Source of the DNA: Candidatus Multivoradales bacterium | GTDB lineage: Bacteria > Acidobacteriota > Thermoanaerobaculia > Multivoradales > JAHEKO01 | NCBI GenBank assembly: GCA_965224065.1 | Contig: CBDCYF010000005.1 | Location: 2,006,695-2,070,694, forward strand | Length of the DNA: 64,000 nt | Direction: 5' to 3' | Part shown: in pieces, positions 36,601 through 44,855 of the stretch | How the letters are laid out: every line of letters begins with the position of its first letter | Numbering within the stretch: position 1 is the stretch's first letter | Translations under genes and position numbers: made by a program | The notes under the pieces: generated by a model | The model's input: the letters and a program-made list of their open reading frames with translations, nothing else | What the model was told of the DNA's origin: nothing | Databases searched by the model: none

Positions 36601-38343
36601 GGTCAGATTCTGGACCCAGAGACCGAGGTCGAGGACCTGGGACTGTTGCCAGTAGGCGGCGGCTGAATCGATTCGCCCTTTGATCCCCATCACCACCGCC
36701 GGGGCAACGTCGCCGGCTTCCGCTTTCGACACCCGGTCGACATCCGCCATTTTCTCGGCCGGGGTCAGAAAGGGATCGAGCTGCTCGAGCCCTACTTGAT
36801 AGAAACCTTCGAAGGGTTCTCGTGGCCGGACCGAGATCCAGTGATCGCCGGGAAGCAGCCATCCTTCAAAAATCGCCGGTTCGCCGGGCGCGGAGCTCTC
36901 CGACCGGGTTCCGCCAGTCACGTCGAAGACCACGCGGCCGTCTTCCGGCGGTTCCACCCGGACCCGCACCGGTTGCTCGGCGGCCAGGTGAAAACGGTAC
37001 TGATCGACATCCCTCGGATCCGTCAGCAGCCCGATGCGTGGAGCGCCAACGCGCAAGGTGCCGGCCTGAGCGGGCAGGTGATTGGGCTCGAACTCGCTCA
37101 AACCGGGCGGACGCACGCCGGGGATCTCCACATCGCCCGCAAGGTGCCGCGACGCTTCGAGTCCGGCTTTGGAATCCGCCGGCCCGATGGCCACGATCTT
37201 GAGCAGATACTCCGAGTCCTCTCCCTCGACGGCGATGAAGTGCTCGCCGGGAAGAAGCAGAAGGTTGTCCAGCCGCACCCGGCGCTCACCCGAGGCGCCG
37301 GCGCTCGAACCGGCATTGCCCCCCGCATCGTAGTGGCGCATCGCCCGGACCGGCTGGTCTCTCGCCAGCACCTGCGCACGCCAGAGCATCGGCTCACCCT
37401 CGACCTCGAAACGGTAGACGTCGGTTTCAGCACCCACCAGTCGCCCACGGACCGTCCGTTTCTCATCGAGCGGAAACGCCCCCGCGATGGTGTCGTTCGG
37501 TTCGAGCTCGCGGCCGTCTTCTCCCTCGCCCGCCGCCTCGACTCGCAGGAGGTACGGCGCGGGGGTTCGGTCGGCACGGGCCAGCTCGATCACCAGCTCC
37601 CCGGCCGGCGAGGACAAGTCGTCGAGAACCATCCGGCCGGCCGCATCGGGCTTGCGCTCGGCCAACAGGCTCCCCTCAGCGTCCAGGACCTTGAGGCTGG
37701 TTCGCAAACCCAGAATGGTTTGCGCGGACAGGCGCCACGTGTGGGGTGCCTCCCCGGGCGGCACCGACCACCGGATGGCGTCGGAGGAGCCGGTCAGGTC
37801 CCCGGACAAGACGAACGCGCCGATCCGCGCGACCGCCTCTTGCGCCGGATCGCCGGGCTCTCCGCCGACCGCCTCCGGCAGCGCCCCGGCCAGCCTCAGG
37901 TCGAAACGGTAGGGACCTTCGCCGCTCCCGCCGACGCCGAGCAGGTAGCGGCCGGGCGCGAACAGCAGCGGCCCCGACTCCATCGACCGGACTCCCTGGA
38001 CATCCAGAGTAAAGACCTTGCTCACCGCCCCGCCGGGTTCGCCGGCCAAAAGGACATCCAGCTTTGTTCGCTGGCCCGGAACGCCCTCGAGCTCGAGCGT
38101 CCACAGCGCGGGGCTCTCGCCGGCGACAGTCCACCAGAAAAGATCTTGATCGCCGCTGCCGAGCTCTCCGGTGACGCACATGGCGACTTCGAGGCGCTGC
38201 CCCTCGTCGGGCGTGTTGTTGGGCTCGGTGTCGGCCGCGCAATCGGCGACTTGCCCCGCCGCCAAGCCCGGCGCGAGCACAAGCGCCAAAAGGCAGACCG
38301 ACATTCGGAGACCGCCCGGGAACCTCGCTGCGGGCCGAAACAC
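33601..38343 (-). CDS. 1580-aa secreted multidomain protein: N-terminal PPC-type repeats, two galactose-binding-like (F5/8 type C) domains, a further PPC repeat, and tandem C-terminal vWA domains
   Basis: The signal peptide is MSVCLLALVLAPGLAAGQ. Repeated E(P/F)N(N/D/H)T...D(V/Q)YRF modules are present. WxRFVRF/GEWKL patterns indicate the galactose-binding fold. The two vWA cores are VLAWDTSASIGPY... and VIFDASGSMYRKVGG...VVLVTDGEE. Confidence 0.7.
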   Translation of the reverse strand: MFRPAARFPGGLRMSVCLLALVLAPGLAAGQVADCAADTEPNNTPDEGQRLEVAMCVTGELGSGDQDLFWWTVAGESPALWTLELEGVPGQRTKLDVLLAGEPGGAVSKVFTLDVQGVRSMESGPLLFAPGRYLLGVGGSGEGPYRFDLRLAGALPEAVGGEPGDPAQEAVARIGAFVLSGDLTGSSDAIRWSVPPGEAPHTWRLSAQTILGLRTSLKVLDAEGSLLAERKPDAAGRMVLDDLSSPAGELVIELARADRTPAPYLLRVEAAGEGEDGRELEPNDTIAGAFPLDEKRTVRGRLVGAETDVYRFEVEGEPMLWRAQVLARDQPVRAMRHYDAGGNAGSSAGASGERRVRLDNLLLLPGEHFIAVEGEDSEYLLKIVAIGPADSKAGLEASRHLAGDVEIPGVRPPGLSEFEPNHLPAQAGTLRVGAPRIGLLTDPRDVDQYRFHLAAEQPVRVRVEPPEDGRVVFDVTGGTRSESSAPGEPAIFEGWLLPGDHWISVRPREPFEGFYQVGLEQLDPFLTPAEKMADVDRVSKAEAGDVAPAVVMGIKGRIDSAAAYWQQSQVLDLGLWVQNLTGTIQTLRFEVATSDAAWKGRLLREVVEVGPAQSAAIPLQVEILPDARDDQPVLLTVAARTASGAVATASVELQPECGAEPRAAGEAWPLPDRLLGGLNVAWPALGAAAEGEDRFVGELFDGLAIPLRDRTRFETEQAITVDLAGEEPVELWGALLHPLGRSIEGATEQLAEFSVSTSLDGKRFEEVLTGRLEPLPGEQVFAFEEPVEARFARLVLGSSHGGGRGVALGEWKLVAAAGTRLRSEPWDIAQPSLGGHVAWSDPLIGTEEFGTVIGVGSAEHPILSVAAERTFATTADDQDTASWVVGFHHDRAARITGFEWVPSESRSSRALGFEEIEVAASTESPLGPWETLATWRLGGDGVERLTLGEPAWARFVRFTAGDLRPQTPYRYPETLRIFEQGADADYRSILGEWGFMSRRAIFEAGRPASGTSVLAEADHNDSRERAQPLSPGRALSGRVLVEEDVDWYRVEVPEGHNAIRITLQGDPAVAFSWSLQDPRGRPVESESERSYQRVELTADVAPGSYYLRLEEPPRSVVLAWDTSASIGPYTDFIRAAATQFARAVKPGREVVNLLPFDKPPRFLLEEWSGDPAEVMSALNRHDTAKAFSSNSELALLTAGVALEKRPGARAIVLITDAFSNGYALTTDLWKTFAQTSPQIFTMHTPSIEHDSPRSAASQDLMQSWAGVGGGFYDSARTIGHFDVGFARASCYLRRPKSYRVLVETGFEEPAGPGSIEVVAAATDGAAPGTAGESVEVIFDASGSMYRKVGGVLRIDVAKRVLRQLVSDVLSPGTPFALRVFGNRKAKACRTDLEMPLGPLDAAETARVLAAVEPKPFSGTPIAASLELVGSDLGEGPGPKRVVLVTDGEESCGGDVEAAIEALRRRGYDVELNIVGFDVDASDREAARARFRRWAELGGGRYYDAGDARSLEESMVAAVSRSFDVVDHDGAVLATGAVGGDPVAVPAGVYTVRVKGAPAEIFEQVRVVGEKRKTLTLGSRP

Positions 38344-38352
38344 GACCGCTCC

Positions 38353-40758
38353 TCAGTGGCTGGCCGCCAAAGAGGCGCCCAGGACCCGGAGGAGGATCCC
38401 GACGATCCCCCGGATAATCCTCGAAAGCAGCATCATGGAGCCGCCGTAGGCGCCGACGCCGGTCACGGTCCCGGCAACACACAAACCCGCAGCGATCATG
38501 TCGAGAGACCGTGCGCTCGAGTAGACGCACAAGGCCCCGCTGATCAGATTCGCGACGATCAAATACTCGGTGATGCTCGCGCCCCAGCCGTTTTCGCCGA
38601 TGGCCAGGATCTCGCCGGTTGCGGGATCGAATCGCCACCACCCCCGGTCGCCGGTTCCTCCTCCAGCGTCCGTCTGGGGTGCGACGAGCCAGAATCCCCT
38701 CGCCGTTTCCCCCTCCGCGCGCGCCAACGTGTCCGGCGGAAACCGGGAGCCCTGGCTCCGAACGTCGTCCTCGTCGCGAAGCAGGACCCACGCATCAGCG
38801 CCGAGAGACGTCGAGAGCCGATCCGCCAGGTTGTCGTAGGTCCGGCATGGCAGCATCCCGCTGGTCGGATCGCAGGCCTCGTCGCCCAACAGCGCTTCCA
38901 GGTTCGAGTCGGCGACTCCCTGAAAGAGGGCCTGCCGGCCGTCGGCCGGCAGGGACGCCACGCGATTGGCCACGATGTCAAAAGCCTCCAGGCGCACCGG
39001 ATTGCCAGACGCATCCGTCCTTAGTTGCTGATGGAACGAGAAGACATTCGGCGAGCCCAGAAAAACGGACTCCCCCTCGCCGGACACCCCGTGCCGCAAA
39101 GCCTCGAGAGACAGAAGATCCTGGCGCGGCATTTCAGGCTCCCGACCGGCGTTCGGGTCGCGCGGCGCGCCTGCCGGACCCCTGACCGCGTCCAGGATCG
39201 CCTGCCGCTGTTCGAGCACCCTGCGGGTCACGAGATCGGATACATAGGCTTCGGACAGCCGCGAACCGACGATCAGGATCTCGGTCGTCCCCAGGACCGC
39301 CAGCCGCCATAACGCCCGATCCGTTTCGGTCTCGGCGGACCCGGGTCGGCCGCCGCTCCGGCGCGTGGCGGCTCCGATGAGATCGAAGATCTGCCGGCGG
39401 GTCACCTCCGGTTTCTCCCCAGGCACACGGATCTCATACTCGATCCACTCGGCCGTCAGCCGGCCCGGTTCCTTCACCACACCGGCCCCCTCCCCAGCTA
39501 CCCCACCCAGCCCGGCAATGGCGCCCGCCAGACCACCCGCCTTGCGCTCCAACGCCTTCCCGACCTGGGCCGTGGCGTTGAGCGCCTCTCTCGCCGGACT
39601 CAGCTCGCAGGTGTCCCTGTATGCCTGACTCATCACAGCCTGGGAGCCGATGTCCAGTACGGGGACCCAGAGGTCCTGCTCGCCCACGGTCTCCACGAGA
39701 CGCCGGCCCGGGTCCGCGGCGCTCGACAGATTCAGATCGGACGGCCAGCTCGCCGGAACGTGTCTCAGGGTCACGGGGCGGCCGACGAGCTCGGCGGGGG
39801 TCAGGGGCGCGCTCTGCAGCAAGGTGTGCTCCACCAGCGCCTCGCCGTTCCAACACTCGAGAATCAGCCGAATCCGGACTGTGTGCAGCACGTCCCCTCC
39901 GAGTTGGGAGAGCCTCTCGATTTCGACCGTTCGGTGAGCCGCGGTGGCCGCCCAGCCGACCGGTGCGTTGGGATAGCTCGGATCCAGATCGATCCATCGC
40001 CTGCCGTCCTGCACCCGTACCCACCAGTGGTCCTCGAGGGCGCCGATCTGGCGGCGGCGAAGACCTTCGGCGGCGCCTTCGGGCAGCGGACCGATGACCT
40101 CCGCCAGGAACTTCGCCTGTTCTCGCGTACGTTTCCGCGCCTCGGTCCGCAAACGTTCCACCGCCTCGGCGGTTTGCCGGCCGGCGTCGAGCAATCGAGG
40201 TTCGTCCAGACCGAACTCGGCGGAGTAGCGGTGCAGCTCGGCGAGGGCTGGCCCATCCGAACCATCCGCCTGGTTCCCGGCTCCGCCGGCCGGAACGGGC
40301 CGCGCGAAGGCCATCAGGTCGCTGGCCGCCTCGGGCAGCAGCCGACCGTTGGCGAGCCTCGTTTCATAGCCCACCTGCCGGAGCAGGGTGCTGAGCAGCA
40401 GGGCCCGATCGAGACTGTTGCCTCTGCGGTCCATCAACACACCCACCGGCCCGCGTAGAGCGCCACGGTAGGGCACGAGATGGGTGTTGTCGCGCACCCA
40501 TTCGAACAGCGGCTCGACCTCCGGATCGACCAGGTCCAGAATCGCCTCCGGATCGAAAGTGTCCCGCGGGATCTCCGCGGCTGCTTTTTCCAAAGCGTCA
40601 AAAACACGCTCGGTTTGCGTGACCCGAGCTTCGGTGGCCGCTGCGGCCTGCGCCTGCGCGACCCGAGCCGCCACCGGCCCCGGGACCAGAGCAACGTTCA
40701 AAGTCAGGAGACACAGCACCACGTGGCTGGTGAATCTGGACGCGATCGAGTGGTTCAT
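38353..40758 (-). CDS. 801-aa membrane-anchored transglutaminase-like-fold protein with Ser replacing the catalytic Cys; C-terminal TM helices
   Basis: An N-terminal signal/anchor is followed by GNSLDRALLLSTLLRQVGYETRLANG. This matches the transglutaminase-like core G-C-x-x-x-A-x-L-x-x-x-L-R-x-x-G-I-P-A-R-x-V-x-G, but with Ser at the nucleophile position. A large helical extracellular region follows, then 2-3 TM helices at the C-terminus. Confidence 0.55.
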   Translation of the reverse strand: MNHSIASRFTSHVVLCLLTLNVALVPGPVAARVAQAQAAAATEARVTQTERVFDALEKAAAEIPRDTFDPEAILDLVDPEVEPLFEWVRDNTHLVPYRGALRGPVGVLMDRRGNSLDRALLLSTLLRQVGYETRLANGRLLPEAASDLMAFARPVPAGGAGNQADGSDGPALAELHRYSAEFGLDEPRLLDAGRQTAEAVERLRTEARKRTREQAKFLAEVIGPLPEGAAEGLRRRQIGALEDHWWVRVQDGRRWIDLDPSYPNAPVGWAATAAHRTVEIERLSQLGGDVLHTVRIRLILECWNGEALVEHTLLQSAPLTPAELVGRPVTLRHVPASWPSDLNLSSAADPGRRLVETVGEQDLWVPVLDIGSQAVMSQAYRDTCELSPAREALNATAQVGKALERKAGGLAGAIAGLGGVAGEGAGVVKEPGRLTAEWIEYEIRVPGEKPEVTRRQIFDLIGAATRRSGGRPGSAETETDRALWRLAVLGTTEILIVGSRLSEAYVSDLVTRRVLEQRQAILDAVRGPAGAPRDPNAGREPEMPRQDLLSLEALRHGVSGEGESVFLGSPNVFSFHQQLRTDASGNPVRLEAFDIVANRVASLPADGRQALFQGVADSNLEALLGDEACDPTSGMLPCRTYDNLADRLSTSLGADAWVLLRDEDDVRSQGSRFPPDTLARAEGETARGFWLVAPQTDAGGGTGDRGWWRFDPATGEILAIGENGWGASITEYLIVANLISGALCVYSSARSLDMIAAGLCVAGTVTGVGAYGGSMMLLSRIIRGIVGILLRVLGASLAASH

Positions 40759-40935
40759 GATCGTCTCCCCATAGCTTCCGAGTCCACGCCGCGCGCTCGC
40801 CGACCCCTACTATGTCAACGCAAAGAACAGCCAAACCGGGTCACGCGCGACCGCGTGGGTCGGCGAGAGACTCGGGTGATCGCAAGCTCGAACGGTATAT
40901 TCTGACACGAACCGTCCCCCCGAGAGGCCACCCCG

Positions 40936-41580
40936 ATGACGCTTGTGCTCTCGATCGCAACTCTCGTTGCCGCCGTGCTGGGTATCTGGGGTCACTACAC
41001 AACCGAGTCCCGGCGCTGGCTGGCCTACGTCTTCCGGCCGCTGGCCGGGATCTTGATTCTCTGGCTGGCCCTGCTCGGCAACGAGGCCGCCGATCCACGC
41101 TATTACTGGGCAATCGCCGCCGGTCTCTTGTTCGCGCTCGTCGCCGACATCCTGCTGATGGTGCCGCGCGATCTCTTCGTCTACGGCCTGCTCGGGTTTG
41201 CGGCCACCCACGTCTGCTTTCTCTATGCCTTCACATCGGGAGTCGACTTCGCCGCCCACAAGTCGCCGTTTGCGCTCTTCGCCCTGGTCGCGGTGGGGCT
41301 CGTCGCCTTCATCTGGTCGGGCGTGGGCGTTTTGCTCCGGCTGCCGGTCGTCCTCTATGTCGCGCTGCTGGTGTCGATGGCCTCCCAGGCCTGGAGCCGC
41401 CACGCCGACTTGGCGACCGGCGCGACCCTTCTCGCGGCGATTGGGGGAGCGCTCTTCCTGAGCTCGGACGCGGTGCTGTCGGTCGACCACTTCAAGAAGC
41501 CGTTCCAGGCCGCGCGGCTCGCGGTGCTGTCGACGTTCTACGCCGCCGACTGGCTGATCGCGCTCTCGGTCAGCGGGTGA
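40936..41580 (+). CDS. YhhN-family membrane protein (lysoplasmalogenase/TMEM86-like)
   Basis: About 8 TM helices over 214 aa. YhhN-family patterns recur (LLGFAATHVCFLYAF...LFLSSDAVLS). Confidence 0.7.
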   Translation: MTLVLSIATLVAAVLGIWGHYTTESRRWLAYVFRPLAGILILWLALLGNEAADPRYYWAIAAGLLFALVADILLMVPRDLFVYGLLGFAATHVCFLYAFTSGVDFAAHKSPFALFALVAVGLVAFIWSGVGVLLRLPVVLYVALLVSMASQAWSRHADLATGATLLAAIGGALFLSSDAVLSVDHFKKPFQAARLAVLSTFYAADWLIALSVSG

Positions 41581-41660
41581 AGCGCTCGCCGCCGTACAAT
41601 CGGCCGGTGTCCACGTTCGGCCGTACATCCGAAGACGCACCACCGAGGCTCGGGCTGCCG

Positions 41661-41978
41661 ATGGCGGGCGCCGTCGCGCTGCTCGCCATGGCGTGCGGCG
41701 GAGCCAGCTCCGGCGAGACCGTCTACCGCCAAGTCTGCGCCTCCTGCCACGGCATGGACGGCGCCGGCGTCGCCGGCTCGGGCCGAGCCTTGCAAAACAA
41801 CGCCTGGATCCAGAGCCACACGGACACCGAGGCCGTAGAGTTGATCCTCGACGGCCGGCCCGCGGATCACCCCGAGAACGAGCTGGGAGTCGACATGCCG
41901 CCCCGGGGCGGTGACCCGTCGCTCAGCCACGCCGAAGCCCGCGCCATCGTGGCCTACCTCCGCACGCTGCAACCATGA
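41661..41978 (+). CDS. Small mono-haem c-type cytochrome, lipoprotein-anchored
   Basis: The lipobox LLAMACGG and the haem-binding CASCHG are present, and the distal Met lies in GVDMPP. I chose the ATG at 41661 inside the longer ORF. It overlaps the sulfatase start by 4 nt. Confidence 0.7.
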   Translation: MAGAVALLAMACGGASSGETVYRQVCASCHGMDGAGVAGSGRALQNNAWIQSHTDTEAVELILDGRPADHPENELGVDMPPRGGDPSLSHAEARAIVAYLRTLQP

Positions 41979-43408
41979 CGAGAAATCGAGTCCCGATCTG
42001 GACGATCCTGACGATCGTGGGGCTGCTCGGCGGCTGCTCGGCGCCACCGCCCGAGGCCCCCAACATCATTCTGATCCTGGTCGACGACCAGGGCTGGGGG
42101 GGCACCTCGGTGCCCATGCACCCGGAGATCGAGGGGTCCTATAGCGATTTCTACGAAATGCCCAACCTCGAAAAACTCGCCGAGGAAGGGATGCGCTTCT
42201 CCAACGCCTACGCCGCCCACCCCATGTGCTCTCCGACCCGGGCGGCCATCCAGACCGGGAAAGAACCCTCCCGGCTCGGCATGACCGACATCATCAACCG
42301 TCACGGCGCGTTCCGCGAGGGCAACCCGCTGATCCCGCCGCAAAGCCTCAAGGAGCTGCCCGCAGACGAGCTCACCATCGCCGAGCTGATCCAGCGCGAG
42401 CGTCCCGAGTACGCGACCGCCCACTTTGGCAAATGGCATCTCCGTGGCGGGGGTCCCGGCGCCAACGGCTACGACGAGCACGACGGCGACACCGGCAACA
42501 ACAGCTCGCCGCGCGGCCGCTCGCAGACCACACCCAACCCCAAGGACCTCTTCGGCATCACCGAACGCGCCAACGACTTCATGGCCCGTCAGGTCGAGGC
42601 GGGGCGGCCCTTCTATCTCCAGGTGTCCCACTACGCGCTCCACTTGCGGGTCCGGTCGCTCGCCTCGACGCGCGCCAAATACGAGAGCAAGCCCCGGGGC
42701 CGCTATCACTGGGACCCCGGTTACGCCGCCATGACCGAAAACCTCGACACGGCGGTGGGCCAGTTACTGGCCAAGCTCGACGAGCTCGGCATCGCCGAGC
42801 AGACCTATGTCGTCTACACCTCGGACAACGGCGCGATCCTGTCGTCCCCCGCGGGCCGGCAAATCAACGACAACTGGCCGCTGTCGGGCGAAAAGACCCA
42901 GGTGCGCGAGGGTGGGATCCGTGTTCCGCTGATCGTCCGCGGACCCGGAGTCGAGCCGAGCTCTTTCCACCACGGACCGGTGGTGAGCTACGACTTCTAT
43001 CCGACGGTGTGCGACTGGTTGGACCTCGATCCCGAGACCTGCGGCGACGTCGACGGTGGCTCGCTCGAAAGCGTTCTGACTGCGGGTGGACGGGGCACGG
43101 TTCGGCGTCCCCGCGAAGAGCTGGTCTGGCACTATCCCCACTACCAGCCGGAGCGGGGCACGACCCCCCAGACCGCCATCCGGCTCGGCGATCTCAAGCT
43201 CATCCGATACTATTTTCCGCCGGTCGAGATGCTGTTCGATCTGGCCAGCGACCCGGGGGAATCGTACGATCTGACCGCCCAAGATCCCCAGATGGGAAAC
43301 GAGCTCGGCCGACGCCTGGACAGCTATCTCGAGGACGTCGGCGCGCCCATGGTCCGGACGAACCCACAGTACACACCCCCCGCCGGCGAAGAGCCCGAGG
43401 CCGGCTGA
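41975..43408 (+). CDS. Type I (formylglycine-dependent) sulfatase, lipoprotein
   Basis: The lipobox is LLGGCS. The sulfatase signature CSPTRAAIQTG follows a metal-binding DDQGWGG, and the GKWHL motif is present. Confidence 0.85.
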   Translation: MTRNRVPIWTILTIVGLLGGCSAPPPEAPNIILILVDDQGWGGTSVPMHPEIEGSYSDFYEMPNLEKLAEEGMRFSNAYAAHPMCSPTRAAIQTGKEPSRLGMTDIINRHGAFREGNPLIPPQSLKELPADELTIAELIQRERPEYATAHFGKWHLRGGGPGANGYDEHDGDTGNNSSPRGRSQTTPNPKDLFGITERANDFMARQVEAGRPFYLQVSHYALHLRVRSLASTRAKYESKPRGRYHWDPGYAAMTENLDTAVGQLLAKLDELGIAEQTYVVYTSDNGAILSSPAGRQINDNWPLSGEKTQVREGGIRVPLIVRGPGVEPSSFHHGPVVSYDFYPTVCDWLDLDPETCGDVDGGSLESVLTAGGRGTVRRPREELVWHYPHYQPERGTTPQTAIRLGDLKLIRYYFPPVEMLFDLASDPGESYDLTAQDPQMGNELGRRLDSYLEDVGAPMVRTNPQYTPPAGEEPEAG

Positions 43409-43415
43409 GAACGCG

Positions 43416-44855
43416 ATGACGATCACCCGCCGCGGCTTTCTCGCCGGCGCCGGGGCCCTGGCCGCGTCCGCCTTGGGCTGCCGGAGCCCCGAGCGGCGCT
43501 GGGATGTGTGCATCATCGGGTCGGGGTTTGCCGGCACATTCCTGGGGCTCAGGACCGCGGCCGGCGGTCTCGATACCGTCATCCTCGAGGCCGGGACCAA
43601 GGGTGCGAGACCCCGCAGAGGGGCGGCCGGTGAGTTCTTCAAGTACCGGACCAGCGGCGAGATCGATTATTCGGTCAACGCCACCCGCGCCATCGTGGTC
43701 GGCGGGACGAGCACGCTCTGGGGCGGAGTGACCACCCGGCTCTGGCCGAGCGATTTTCGGCTCCAAACCGAGCACGGCCTGTGGGTCGACTGGCCGATCG
43801 GCTATCGGGATCTCGAGCCCTACTGGTGTGAGGCCGAAGAGCTCCTGAAAACAAGAGGCGGCGCCGTGGCGCCGGAGGCCGAGCCGCCGAGAGACTGCGA
43901 CTACCCCACGGGCTTCGAGCAGAGCCTGGAGAGTCCCGCGGTCGAGATCGAGGGCGCGGTGCGGCCGTTCTTTCGTATCGCCCGGTCGAAACGAAACGGC
44001 CGGGCCTTGAGGCTCGACGAGGGAGAGACCGAGGCCTTTGAGACCCACCGCTTGGGGACACTGCTTTCCGACCTTCAGGTCACCCGCATCGTGACCCTCG
44101 ACGGCACCTCGATCGACCACGTCGAAGCCCTGCCGATGAAGGGCGGCGAGCCGCAGATAATTCGCGCCCGCTACTTTGTCGTGGCCGCGGGTGTCATCGA
44201 GAGCGCCAGGCTTCTGCTGATGTCGCGCTCCCAGTGGTTCGAGAACGGCCTCGGCAACCAGCACGGCGAAGCCGGTCGCTACTTCACCGTCCACCCGAGC
44301 TATCAAACGCGCTTCCGCACCACCCGACCGATCAACGTCGGGGGCGGCCAGTTCAGGACCTGCGCGCTCAACGACGACTACAGACGCCGCGGCCTCAATG
44401 CCACCCAATTCCAGCTAGACGTCCAGCGGGCCGACGACCTGCGGTGGCGGGTCCAGCCCGAGATTGAGCCGCAGAGCGACAATCGGGTCACGTTGAGCGG
44501 CGCCACGGATTCCAGAGGAGTGCCCTTCCCCGATATTCGACTCACCTATTCCGATCGCGATCGGGAGACCTTCCGGCGCTGCCGAGCCTTTCTCGACGAG
44601 ACGCGGGCGGATCTGGGCGCGGTCGAGAGCACGGTTCGCGACCACGACCGCTGGCGCGCTCACCCCTCAGGGACCTGCCGCATGGGGTTCGACCCGACCA
44701 ACGGCGTCGTCGATGCCGACAACCGGGTCTTTGGTCTGAGCAATCTCTTTGTCTCGGGCGCATCGACCTTCCCCACCGCCGGCACCGCCAACCCGACCAA
44801 CACCGTCGTCGCCATGACCCTGCGTCTCGGCGACCACCTGTTGCGCCTCGCCTAG
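43416..44855 (+). CDS. GMC-family flavin oxidoreductase with Tat signal
   Basis: The Tat motif is TRRGFLAGAGALAASALGC, and the FAD-binding motif is VCIIGSGFAG. The C-terminal GMC signature is AHPSGTCRMG...VFGLSNLFVSGASTFP. Confidence 0.8.
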   Translation: MTITRRGFLAGAGALAASALGCRSPERRWDVCIIGSGFAGTFLGLRTAAGGLDTVILEAGTKGARPRRGAAGEFFKYRTSGEIDYSVNATRAIVVGGTSTLWGGVTTRLWPSDFRLQTEHGLWVDWPIGYRDLEPYWCEAEELLKTRGGAVAPEAEPPRDCDYPTGFEQSLESPAVEIEGAVRPFFRIARSKRNGRALRLDEGETEAFETHRLGTLLSDLQVTRIVTLDGTSIDHVEALPMKGGEPQIIRARYFVVAAGVIESARLLLMSRSQWFENGLGNQHGEAGRYFTVHPSYQTRFRTTRPINVGGGQFRTCALNDDYRRRGLNATQFQLDVQRADDLRWRVQPEIEPQSDNRVTLSGATDSRGVPFPDIRLTYSDRDRETFRRCRAFLDETRADLGAVESTVRDHDRWRAHPSGTCRMGFDPTNGVVDADNRVFGLSNLFVSGASTFPTAGTANPTNTVVAMTLRLGDHLLRLA

